Source: Monocercomonoides exilis PA203
Lineage: Eukaryota > Protista > Preaxostyla
Reading direction: 5' to 3'
Assembly (NCBI GenBank): GCA_001643675.2
Contig: LSRY02000023.1
Location: forward strand, 1,178,001 to 1,242,000
Length of the DNA: 64,000 bases
Part shown: positions 1 to 10,506 of the stretch, piece after piece
How the letters are laid out: the number at the start of each line of letters is the position of its first letter
Position numbering within the stretch: position 1 is the stretch's first letter
The notes under the pieces: generated by a model
Database searches by the model: none
The model's input: the letters and a program-made list of their open reading frames with translations, nothing else
What the model was told of the DNA's origin: nothing
Translations under genes and position numbers: made by a program

Positions 1-3000
1 GGGACGTTTGTTGAACTTCCAAATCAAACGGGATTATTTGTTTTGGAAGGAATGGAATTTGAGGGGTGCAATGCCTGGAAAGGGAAGAATGTGTTTGTTT
101 CTGGATGGGATCTGAGTGAGATTGTGAACAAAGAGAACTTCAAATGGGAGATGAGCCCACAGGAGTTGGGATCATTGGATGAGTTGTGTGGATGGGAGAG
201 GAAGACAACAGGAGAGGGATATGTGATTCCACTGGTTGTGTATTTGTGGAGGAACTGGAGTGGAAATGGGTTTGTTTCGAAGGAAAAAGGAGGAGACTTC
301 AGTGGGTGTGGGTATTCAGAAGCTCCATGTTCATCAGTTGATCACTTATTTTCTCTGAGATATGGAACACTTGGAGGAAGTGAATCACATGTGATAATTG
401 TTGATTTAGCTCTCCTTCAAAATTCATTGCATTTGATTCAGACAGATTCAGACACACAAAAAATATCAATAGAAGGAGAAGAAAATGGAACAGTGCTGAG
501 GGTTGAAGAAGAAAATGAAGAAGAGATGGAAGAAGCAATGGTTGCCTCAGAAGTGATTCTCTCATTTGTGAATGTTTCATTTGTTCTGCCAAATGTGCTT
601 GTTCATCATCTGGCATTCCTCAAATCATCATCAGGGGGTGGGGCACTTTCTGTGAGAAGCTGCTCATTTGTGAGTGAGGATGCTTCAAAAGAAACGAATT
701 TCTGCTTGGTGAGAGTGGATGGAGGGAGCGTAGCGATCGAAGACTGTGCCCTGAAAGAATTCCATTTGTTGCAAGGATTTATGGAATTGTCCTCAGATGT
801 GAGAGTGGCAGATGTGATGAATCTGTCGATCAGTTACACGAGTGTTTCTGGAAGAAGTCTGATACCTATCAGTGAATCTGCTCTCTTATCAGAAAGATCT
901 TTGAAAGAAGCAACGATGTTGAAAAACAAAGTGAATGGAGATGAAGATGGAATGCTATCGATGAGCGTAAACAGCTCAACATTCACAAACATCACACTCA
1001 GTGAAAATAGAGCCACAATTGTGAGTGCTTGTTCATTTGAATGTAAAATGAGATGCTTGGTGGAAGGGTGTGTGATGACGAAGTGTCTGAGTGAGTGGAG
1101 CGAAGAGGGAGGAGGGATGAAGGTGAGTTTGAAGAGCAGAGGGAGTGAGTTGAGAGTGAATGGTTGCATGTTTGGGATGTGCTCGTGCTCAGTGGTGAAG
1201 GGGAGAGGAGGAGGGCTGATGATAGATGCATCTGGCCTGGGTGAAACACAAGCAGGCACAGAGGATGCACCGCCTTTGGGGATAATGATCGAGAGCACCA
1301 GATTCACAATGAATGATGCGCTTGTGGGGAAGGATGTGTTCATCCGGTGCAAGTGGATTGAAAAGCAGATCAATGAGAAGCTGTTCTCGCTGGACTTCAG
1401 CCAGGAGTCATTGAAGTCGAGCAACTCGATTTGTGGAAGCGATGAAGAGAAAACAGATATTGATCTGATCCCGCTGATTACATTTTATTATGGGCAGCAG
1501 GTGTTTGTGAATGCGAACGGGAGGGATATGCGACAGTGTGGAGAGCAGACGAATCCGTGCAAAAGCATCAGCTGCAGTGTGGATCACATTCAAAGAGGTG
1601 TTGTGAATATTGTTTTTATTGATGAAGAAGGAGATATTGGAGGAGAATGTGCGATTGGAGATTTGAGTGTGAAGTCAATGAAGAAGATGAAGGCGACAGT
1701 CCATTTCAATGAAGCAATTCAAGAGATAGGAAACGAAAGGAGTGTGATTGTGTTTGCGAATGAGTGTGTTGTGGAGCGGTGTGTGTTTGAGTTTGGGGAG
1801 TTGCACGAAGCAAATCACAGCCACATCATGAAAGTGAAGAACGGAACAACCATGATGAGGGAGTGCGAATGCTTGTCATCCACAACTGAATTAATCATTA
1901 CCAGCACAATAATGGCAGTTGAAGGGGGAGAACTGGAGATGAACAAGTGTGCACACACAAGAATGAAATTATCGGCACCTTTGATAGAATTTGTTGGGGA
2001 ATCTGAAGCAACAATATCAGAAACAAGAATAGATAATTTGGAATCAGAGGGAAATGTGATTGAAGTTGGAGACAGAGCAAGAGTGGAGATGAAAGAGTTG
2101 GATATTCAGAATATCACTCTCTCAAAAAGTGGAAGTGTGGTGAAAATGAAGAATGTTGTGAAAAATGTTGATTTGTCGAACTGTTCATTTGGAAAGTGTT
2201 TGAGCCCAAAAGAGAAAGGATCGATTGTGTCTGTGGATAATTGTGTTGATTTGGATTTTGATTCATGTAGCTTCCTTGGGAATTTTGAAGACGAGACAAG
2301 AGAAGAATGGGGAAAAAATGGCAGAATGGAAGAGATGTGCAGATGGAATGGGTCAATTGTGGACGTTCAATCCAGCAATGTTGGGATGAAAGACACCACA
2401 ATCAGCAACTCGAAGAACGGCGGGCTTTCATTGTCAGGAGGAAGTGTGGAGATATATGATGGGAGATTTGAGAACAACAACCCGTCGATAGTGAATTATG
2501 GATCGGCACGAAGAAACATTCTGTGTGGAGGCTCAGGAAGATTGAGGGTTGTGAGCTTGAAGGGAGGTGATGGAGTGAAGGACAATACCTCTTTGTGGAT
2601 ATTGGATGAAGGATGCACACTGGAAGGGATTGCCGGAGAAAGAGAATCACCATTTTTCATCCCGAGGGTGGAGAGTGTGTCATCGGAAAAGTCAGGGGAG
2701 GTGGTGGATGTTGTGTTCAGAGGATCAGTTCTCCTTCCGTGCAACCTCTCGTTCAAGACCGTTGCAGCAGTTGGGGATGAGGAAGTGGTTGAGAAATATT
2801 TGTTTGATGAAAGTGGTTTCATATCAGAAGAAGAGGTGCATGGGTTTGTTCCTGTCAAGACAGTTGAAGGGGTGGCAAGCGAAGCAGAAGTGAGGGTGAG
2901 TATTCTGTTTGGGAGCGCTGATTCTCCATCAGCCACTGATTCTTTCGTTCTGAAGAACAGGAGTGAATCCAAAACAAGTGGAGATGAAAGGATTGCCGAA

Positions 3001-4344
3001 GGAGGAAAGAAAGAAAGATCGATATGGCCAATAATTGTGATTGTGATGGCAATTATTCTTTTGATTGTTCTGATTATTTCTGTAATATTTATTGTTCGAT
3101 GGAGAAAAGCTAAAAATGAGAACGAAGATCTGAGAGAGATTGTGAATGACAATATCAAAAAGGATCCAAAGCTGATTGAGATGATGACGATGGAGATGTC
3201 GCCTGAGGAACAGTGGCGAAGAGCCGAAAGAGAGGCAGAGAAGAAGAATGAGGAGAGGATAAAGAAAAGAGTGTATGCGAAAAGCCTTGGACATTCGGAG
3301 TCATCTGAGCATCTTCTATCTGAGAGTGGCTCAACTGAATATATTCTGGGGAGAGATTCAGACAAGATTCCAGATTGGGCTCTGGAGAAAGTGGACGAGG
3401 AGGAGGAAGAAGAGACAAGAAAGAGAACGCCATCACCTTCCATTTCATCCACTTCAACAACTTCAACAACTAATTCAGATTCCACTTTTGTTCGGGGAGA
3501 TGATCTGTGTCCAACCACCTCATCGATGTCGAATCTGGTGGATGCCATGGCATGCTCGTCTCCACATGAAAAGCTGATTGTTGACTTGAGGGATTCTCTG
3601 TTCATGTTGTTGCATGGGAGGAATGAGAAGAAAGAGATGGCGATTGGGAGTCTTCAGCAAAGAGAGCAGACAGCTGCTCAAATCCTGTTCTGGGTGGCGA
3701 ATGGAGCTCTCCATTCATTTGACGAGATGGAAAATACTCTTTCATCACTTTCCAATCTGAGTCCTCACATTGTGTTGTTTTCAGAACATATGGTGATCTG
3801 CATTGTGATGCATTCAGACTTCTCGTCTGATGATTCTGATTCCTCGTCCATCTCTTCATCAACAGTTGTGACATCTGCCAGTGATGATGATGATGATGAA
3901 AGTGACTCTCTGCCCTCATCGGCGTTTGAGGATGAGGAAGACAATCGATATGAGTGTTTGCGGTGGAAAGCGCCCGAGTTGCTGATGAACAGGAAAATGG
4001 GGGCAACAAAGGAGTCGGTGGTGTTTTCGATTGGGATGATGCTGTGGGAGTGTCTGACGCTGCAGATCCCGTTTGGGGAGTATGAGGCAGAAATGGCGGG
4101 GAAGAAGATCAAAGATGGGGAGAGGCCGAAGATGTTGGTGGGTTGTGAGTCGTCTCTTGGGGAGGTTGCGAGCAAAGGGATGGCGCAGAAGGCAGAGGAG
4201 AGGCCTGGGCTGGAAGATCTGAAAAGAGAGTTTTTCATGCGATTTCCGGAAGGGGCGATTGTGTTCACGATGTCGGATGCGGTTGATCTTGTGGGAGAAT
4301 TGAGCAAGAAGGACAGCGCTGATGAGAAGAAAGAGGATGAGTGA
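1..4344 (+). CDS. Receptor copy A (5'-truncated by the window): Cys/Gly-rich beta-helix-like ectodomain, single TM, degenerate TK/TKL-type pseudokinase
   Basis: Frame is open from base 1 (GTFVELPNQTGLFVLEGMEF). Repeated F..C/GGG and 'CG....PC.S' modules; TM IWPIIVIVMAIILLIVLIISVIFIV-RWRK; kinase C-lobe motifs LRWKAPELL, VFSIGMMLWECLT..IPF, ERP. Confidence 0.85.
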   Translation, partial: GTFVELPNQTGLFVLEGMEFEGCNAWKGKNVFVSGWDLSEIVNKENFKWEMSPQELGSLDELCGWERKTTGEGYVIPLVVYLWRNWSGNGFVSKEKGGDFSGCGYSEAPCSSVDHLFSLRYGTLGGSESHVIIVDLALLQNSLHLIQTDSDTQKISIEGEENGTVLRVEEENEEEMEEAMVASEVILSFVNVSFVLPNVLVHHLAFLKSSSGGGALSVRSCSFVSEDASKETNFCLVRVDGGSVAIEDCALKEFHLLQGFMELSSDVRVADVMNLSISYTSVSGRSLIPISESALLSERSLKEATMLKNKVNGDEDGMLSMSVNSSTFTNITLSENRATIVSACSFECKMRCLVEGCVMTKCLSEWSEEGGGMKVSLKSRGSELRVNGCMFGMCSCSVVKGRGGGLMIDASGLGETQAGTEDAPPLGIMIESTRFTMNDALVGKDVFIRCKWIEKQINEKLFSLDFSQESLKSSNSICGSDEEKTDIDLIPLITFYYGQQVFVNANGRDMRQCGEQTNPCKSISCSVDHIQRGVVNIVFIDEEGDIGGECAIGDLSVKSMKKMKATVHFNEAIQEIGNERSVIVFANECVVERCVFEFGELHEANHSHIMKVKNGTTMMRECECLSSTTELIITSTIMAVEGGELEMNKCAHTRMKLSAPLIEFVGESEATISETRIDNLESEGNVIEVGDRARVEMKELDIQNITLSKSGSVVKMKNVVKNVDLSNCSFGKCLSPKEKGSIVSVDNCVDLDFDSCSFLGNFEDETREEWGKNGRMEEMCRWNGSIVDVQSSNVGMKDTTISNSKNGGLSLSGGSVEIYDGRFENNNPSIVNYGSARRNILCGGSGRLRVVSLKGGDGVKDNTSLWILDEGCTLEGIAGERESPFFIPRVESVSSEKSGEVVDVVFRGSVLLPCNLSFKTVAAVGDEEVVEKYLFDESGFISEEEVHGFVPVKTVEGVASEAEVRVSILFGSADSPSATDSFVLKNRSESKTSGDERIAEGGKKERSIWPIIVIVMAIILLIVLIISVIFIVRWRKAKNENEDLREIVNDNIKKDPKLIEMMTMEMSPEEQWRRAEREAEKKNEERIKKRVYAKSLGHSESSEHLLSESGSTEYILGRDSDKIPDWALEKVDEEEEEETRKRTPSPSISSTSTTSTTNSDSTFVRGDDLCPTTSSMSNLVDAMACSSPHEKLIVDLRDSLFMLLHGRNEKKEMAIGSLQQREQTAAQILFWVANGALHSFDEMENTLSSLSNLSPHIVLFSEHMVICIVMHSDFSSDDSDSSSISSSTVVTSASDDDDDESDSLPSSAFEDEEDNRYECLRWKAPELLMNRKMGATKESVVFSIGMMLWECLTLQIPFGEYEAEMAGKKIKDGERPKMLVGCESSLGEVASKGMAQKAEERPGLEDLKREFFMRFPEGAIVFTMSDAVDLVGELSKKDSADEKKEDE

Positions 4345-7300
4345 TGGGAAACAACACACCAGAGAGATTGTGCTTAAAGAAGGATTAGAAGAAGAAGAAG
4401 AAGAAGATAAGAGCGAGCGAAACATTGGGATAACACGAGCTTTTCAATCTGACTTGTTGGCACTTTTCAGAATATTTTTCTGGAGTTTGAGCCATGATGA
4501 TATGATGATGGCAATGAATGCAAAAAAACAATTTTTTTTTTCAAAAAAAACTTTTCATTTCTTTTTATTCCTTTTTTGTTTATTTTTATAAGTTATGGAA
4601 AGGAAATTGGGGTTTGTCATCCATTTTTGTGGGGTTGTTTGAATAATATTTGACTCATTGACTCGTTTGTGCTCGTTGTTCTGTTTTTCTTTTTTATTCT
4701 TTTCCATTCCTTTTATGTTTTCCTTTTGAAGTTTTATAATTCTTTTTTAAAAAAGATCACTGGCATTTTCTGTTGAAGCAACAATTCATAAATATGTGTG
4801 TTTTTTCAGCATTTCACAAATTCGTTCCCAAAAATAAATGAGAAAAATACGAGAGAGAAATGATGCAGTTGCGATTGGCAAGCTCACTGTCTTTTCTGGC
4901 AAAGTTGCTGATTAATCTCCCACATGGAAATATGGTTCATGAATGGTCGAAGCATGAAAAAATGCAGCAGGAGTTATGGAACAGCAGCACAAGGAAGATA
5001 AAAAAGAAAATAAATGAAATCGTCTCTGACTTGAGTAATCAATGCAAAGCACATGGATGAGATATATAGCTGACTTTTTTTTTCCTGACTTTCCACAAAC
5101 ACTCTCACTGGAAGCAATGGACATCTTTGAAAGTCTTCAAATGGACATTTGATTTTTTTTTTTTTGCAGAGCATGTATTTTCTGGTTTGTTAAGCAGGAA
5201 AAGAGATGTTTTATGAACTCTTTGAAACCAAATTCAATTTGTTAGATAATTTTCAATTTGACAAAAAATTTAGTGGGAATTAATTGTTGATTTTATTCAG
5301 ATAAGAAATCGGTTCAAATTGGACAACAAGGTGATCACAAAACATCTCTCTTCCTGCTGCACAAACCAGAAAATACATGCTCTGCAAAAAAAAAAAAAAT
5401 CAAATGTCCATTTGAAGACTTTCAAAGATGTCCATTGCTTCCAGTGAGAGTGTTTGTGGAAAGTCAGGAAAAAAAAAGTCAGCTATATATCTCATCCATG
5501 TGCTTTGCATTGATTACTCAAGTCAGAGACGATTTCATTTATTTTCTTTTTTATCTTCCTTGTGCTGCTGTTCCATAACTCCTGCTGCATTTTTTCATGC
5601 TTCGACCATTCATGAACCATATTTCCATGTGGGAGATTAATCAGCAACTTTGCCAGAAAAGACAGTGAGCTTGCCAATCGCAACTGCATCATTTCTCTCT
5701 CGTATTTTTCTCATTTATTTTTGGGAACGAATTTGTGAAATGCTGAAAAAACACACATATTTATGAATTGTTGCTTCAACAGAAAATGCCAGTGATCTTT
5801 TTTAAAAAAGAATTATAAAACTTCAAAAGGAAAACATAAAAGGAATGGAAAAGAATAAAAAAGAAAAACAGAACAACGAGCACAAACGAGTCAATGAGTC
5901 AAATATTATTCAAACAACCCCACAAAAATGGATGACAAACCCCAATTTCCTTTCCATAACTTATAAAAATAAACAAAAAAGGAATAAAAAGAAATGAAAA
6001 GTTTTTTTTGAAAAAAAAAATTGTTTTTTTTGCATTCATTGCCATCATCATATCATCATGGCTCAAACTCCAGAAAAATATTCTGAAAAGTGCCAACAAG
6101 TCAGATTGAAAAGCTCGTGTTATCCCAATGTTTCGCTCGCTCTTATCTTCTTCTTCTTCTTCTTCTAATCCTTCTTTAAGCACAATCTCTCTGGTGTGTT
6201 GTTTCCCATCACTCATCCTCTTTCTTCTCATCAGCGCTGTCCTTCTTGCTCAATTCTCCCACAAGATCAACCGCATCCGACATCGTGAACACAATCGCCC
6301 CTTCCGGAAATCGCATGAAAAACTCTCTTTTCAGATCTTCCAGCCCAGGCCTCTCCTTGCCTTCTGCGCCATCCCGCTCGCAACCTCCCCAAGAGACGAC
6401 TCACAACCCACCAACATCTTCGGCCTCTCCCCATCTTTGATCTTCTTCCCCGCCATTTCTGCCTCATACTCCCCAAACGGGATCTGCAGCGTCAGACACT
6501 CCCACAGCATCATCCCAATCGAAAACACCACCGACTCCTTTGTTGCCCCCATTTTCCTGTTCATCAGCAACTCGGGCGCTTTCCACCGCAAACACTCATA
6601 TCGATTGTCTTCCTCATCCTCAAACGCCGATGAGGGCAGAGAGTCACTTTCATCATCATCATCATCACTGGCAGATGTCACAACTGTTGATGAAGAGATG
6701 GACGAGGAATCAGAATCATCAGACGAGAAGTCTGAATGCATCACAATGCAGATCACCATATGTTCTGAAAACAACACAATGTGAGGACTCAGATTGGAAA
6801 GTGATGAAAGAGTATTTTCCATCTCGTCAAATGAATGGAGAGCTCCATTCGCCACCCAGAACAGGATTTGAGCAGCTGTCTGCTCTCTTTGCTGAAGACT
6901 CCCAATCGCCATCTCTTTCTTCTCATTCCTCCCATGCAACAACATGAACAGAGAATCCCTCAAGTCAACAATCAGCTTTTCATGTGGAGACGAGCATGCC
7001 ATGGCATCCACCAGATTCGACATCGATGAGGTGGTTGGACACAGATCATCTCCCCGAACAAAAGTGGAATCTGAATTAGTTGTTGAAGTTGTTGAAGTGG
7101 ATGAAATGGAAGGTGATGGCGTTCTCTTTCTTGTCTCTTCTTCCTCCTCCTCGTCCACTTTCTCCAGAGCCCAATCTGGAATCTTGTCTGAATCTCTCCC
7201 CAGAATATATTCAGTTGAGCCACTCTCAGATAGAAGATGCTCAGATGACTCCGAATGTCCAAGGCTTTTCGCATACACTCTTTTCTTTATCCTCTCCTCA

Positions 7301-10300
7301 TTCTTCTTCTCTGCCTCTCTTTCGGCTCTTCGCCACTGTTCCTCAGGCGACATCTCCATCGTCATCATCTCAATCAGCTTTGGATCCTTTTTGATATTGT
7401 CATTCACAATCTCTCTCAGATCTTCGTTCTCATTTTTAGCTTTTCTCCATCGAACAATAAATATTACAGAAATAATCAGAACAATCAAAAGAATAATTGC
7501 CATCACAATCACAATTATTGGCCATATCGATCTTTCTTTCTTTCCTCCTTCGGCAATCCTTTCATCTCCACTTGTTTTGGATTCACTCCTGTTCTTCAGA
7601 ACGAAAGAATCAGTGGCTGATGGAGAATCAGCGCTCCCAAACAGAATACTCACCCTCACTTCTGCTTCGCTTGCCACCCCTTCAACTGTCTTGACAGGAA
7701 CAAACCCATGCACCTCTTCTTCTGATATGAAACCACTTTCATCAAACAAATATTTCTCAACCACTTCCTCATCCCCAACTGCTGCAACGGTCTTGAACGA
7801 GAGGTTGCACGGAAGGAGAACTGATCCTCTGAACACAACATCCACCACCTCCCCTGACTTTTCCGATGACACACTCTCCACCCTCGGGATGAAAAATGGT
7901 GATTCTCTTTCTCCGGCAATCCCTTCCAGTGTGCATCCTTCATCCAATATCCACAAAGAGGTATTGTCCTTCACTCCATCACCTCCCTTCAAGCTCACAA
8001 CCCTCAATCTTCCTGAGCCTCCACACAGAATGTTTCTTCGTGCCGATCCATAATTCACTATCGACGGGTTGTTGTTCTCAAATCTCCCATCATATATCTC
8101 CACACTTCCTCCTGACAATGAAAGCCCGCCGTTCTTCGAGTTGCTGATTGTGGTGTCTTTCATCCCAACATTGCTGGATTGAACGTCCACAATTGACCCA
8201 TTCCATCTGCACATCTCTTCCATTCTGCCATTTTTTCCCCATTCTTCTCTTGTCTCGTCTTCAAAATTCCCAAGGAAGCTACATGAATCAAAATCCAAAT
8301 CAACACAATTATCCACAGACACAATCGATCCTTTCTCTTTTGGGCTCAAACACTTTCCAAATGAACAGTTCGACAAATCAACATTTTTCACAACATTCTT
8401 CATTTTCACCACACTTCCACTTTTTGAGAGAGTGATATTCTGAATATCCAACTCTTTCATCTCCACTCTTGCTCTGTCTCCAACTTCAATCACATTTCCC
8501 TCTGATTCCAAATTATCTATTCTTGTTTCTGATATTGTTGCTTCAGATTCCCCAACAAATTCTATCAAAGGTGCCGATAATTTCATTCTTGTGTGTGCAC
8601 ACTTGTTCATCTCCAGTTCTCCCCCTTCAACTGCCATTATTGTGCTGGTAATGATTAATTCAGTTGTGGATGACAAGCATTCGCACTCCCTCATCATGGT
8701 TGTTCCGTTCTTCACTTTCATGATGTGGCTGTGATTTGCTTCGTGCAACTCCCCAAACTCAAACACACACCGCTCCACAACACACTCATTCGCAAACACA
8801 ATCACACTCCTTTCGTTTCCTATCTCTTGAATTGCTTCATTGAAATGGACTGTCGCCTTCATCTTCTTCATTGACTTCACACTCAAATCTCCAATCGCAC
8901 ATTCTCCTCCAATATCTCCTTCTTCATCAATAAAAACAATATTCACAACACCTCTTTGAATGTGATCCACACTGCAGCTGATGCTTTTGCACGGATTCGT
9001 CTGCTCTCCACACTGTCGCATATCCCTCCCGTTCGCATTCACAAACACCTGCTGCCCATAATAAAATGTAATCAGCGGGATCAGATCAATATCTGTTTTC
9101 TCTTCATCGCTTCCACAAATCGAGTTGCTCGACTTCAATGACTCCTGGCTGAAGTCCAGCGAGAACAGCTTCTCATTGATCTGCTTTTCAATCCACTTGC
9201 ACCGGATGAACACATCCTTCCCCACAAGCGCATCATTCATTGTGAATCTGGTGCTCTCGATCATTATCCCCAAAGGCGGTGCATCCTCTGTGCCTGCTTG
9301 TGTTTCACCCAGGCCAGATGCATCTATCATCAGCCCTCCTCCTCTCCCCTTCACCACTGAGCACGAGCACATCCCAAACATGCAACCATTCACTCTCAAC
9401 TCACTCCCTCTGCTCTTCAAACTCACCTTCATCCCTCCTCCCTCTTCGCTCCACTCACTCAGACACTTCGTCATCACACACCCTTCCACCAAGCATCTCA
9501 TTTTACATTCAAATGAACAAGCACTCACAATTGTGGCTCTATTTTCACTGAGTGTGATGTTTGTGAATGTTGAGCTGTTTACGCTCATCGATAGCATTCC
9601 ATCTTCATCTCCATTCACTTTGTTTTTCAACATCGTTGCTTCTTTCAAAGATCTTTCTGATAAGAGAGCAGATTCACTGATAGGTATCAGACTTCTTCCA
9701 GAAACACTCGTGTAACTGATCGACAGATTCATCACATCTGCCACTCTCACATCTGAGGACAATTCCATAAATCCTTGCAACAAATGGAATTCTTTCAGGG
9801 CACAGTCTTCGATCGCTACGCTCCCTCCATCCACTCTCACCAAGCAGAAATTCGTTTCTTTTGAAGCATCCTCACTCACAAATGAGCAGCTTCTCACAGA
9901 AAGTGCCCCACCCCCTGATGATGATTTGAGGAATGCCAGATGATGAACAAGCACATTTGGCAGAACAAATGAAACATTCACAAATGAGAGAATCACTTCT
10001 GAGGCAACCATTGCTTCTTCCATCTCTTCTTCATTTTCTTCTTCAACCCTCAGCACTGTTCCATTTTCTTCTCCTTCTATTGATATTTTTTGTGTGTCTG
10101 AATCTGTCTGAATCAAATGCAATGAATTTTGAAGGAGAGCTAAATCAACAATTATCACATGTGATTCACTTCCTCCAAGTGTTCCATATCTCAGAGAAAA
10201 TAAGTGATCAACTGATGAACATGGAGCTTCTGAATACCCACACCCACTGAAGTCTCCTCCTTTTTCCTTCGAAACAAACCCATTTCCACTCCAGTTCCTC

Positions 10301-10506
10301 CACAAATACACAACCAGTGGAATCACATATCCCTCTCCTGTTGTCTTCCTCTCCCATCCACACAACTCATCCAATGATCCCAACTCCTGTGGGCTCATCT
10401 CCCATTTGAAGTTCTCTTTGTTCACAATCTCACTCAGATCCCATCCAGAAACAAACACATTCTTCCCTTTCCAGGCATTGCACCCCTCAAATTCCATTCC
10501 TTCCAA
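43..10506. repeat. Giant inverted repeat: arms ~43-5190 and ~5361-10506, imperfect inner extension to ~5212/5339, spacer ~126 bp
   Basis: Mirror-image ORF track (e.g. 299..616- / 9933..10250+, 4860..5060+ / 5492..5692-). Direct comparison shows only a 3+1 nt deletion near 6355-6378 and homopolymer length differences. Confidence 0.97.

Noticed and set aside
5316-5329. 14-mer AAATTGGACAACAA shared by the palindrome spacer and the 57-58 kb repeat arms (57192-57205)
   Set aside because: Post hoc short match in AT-rich DNA with no extension; insufficient evidence for a shared recombination site.
299-10250. Many antisense and alternate-frame ORFs, e.g. 369 aa at 2496-3605, 6944-8053 and 38593-39702
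   Set aside because: Shadow ORFs of the purine-rich receptor genes; they recur only because the DNA is duplicated.
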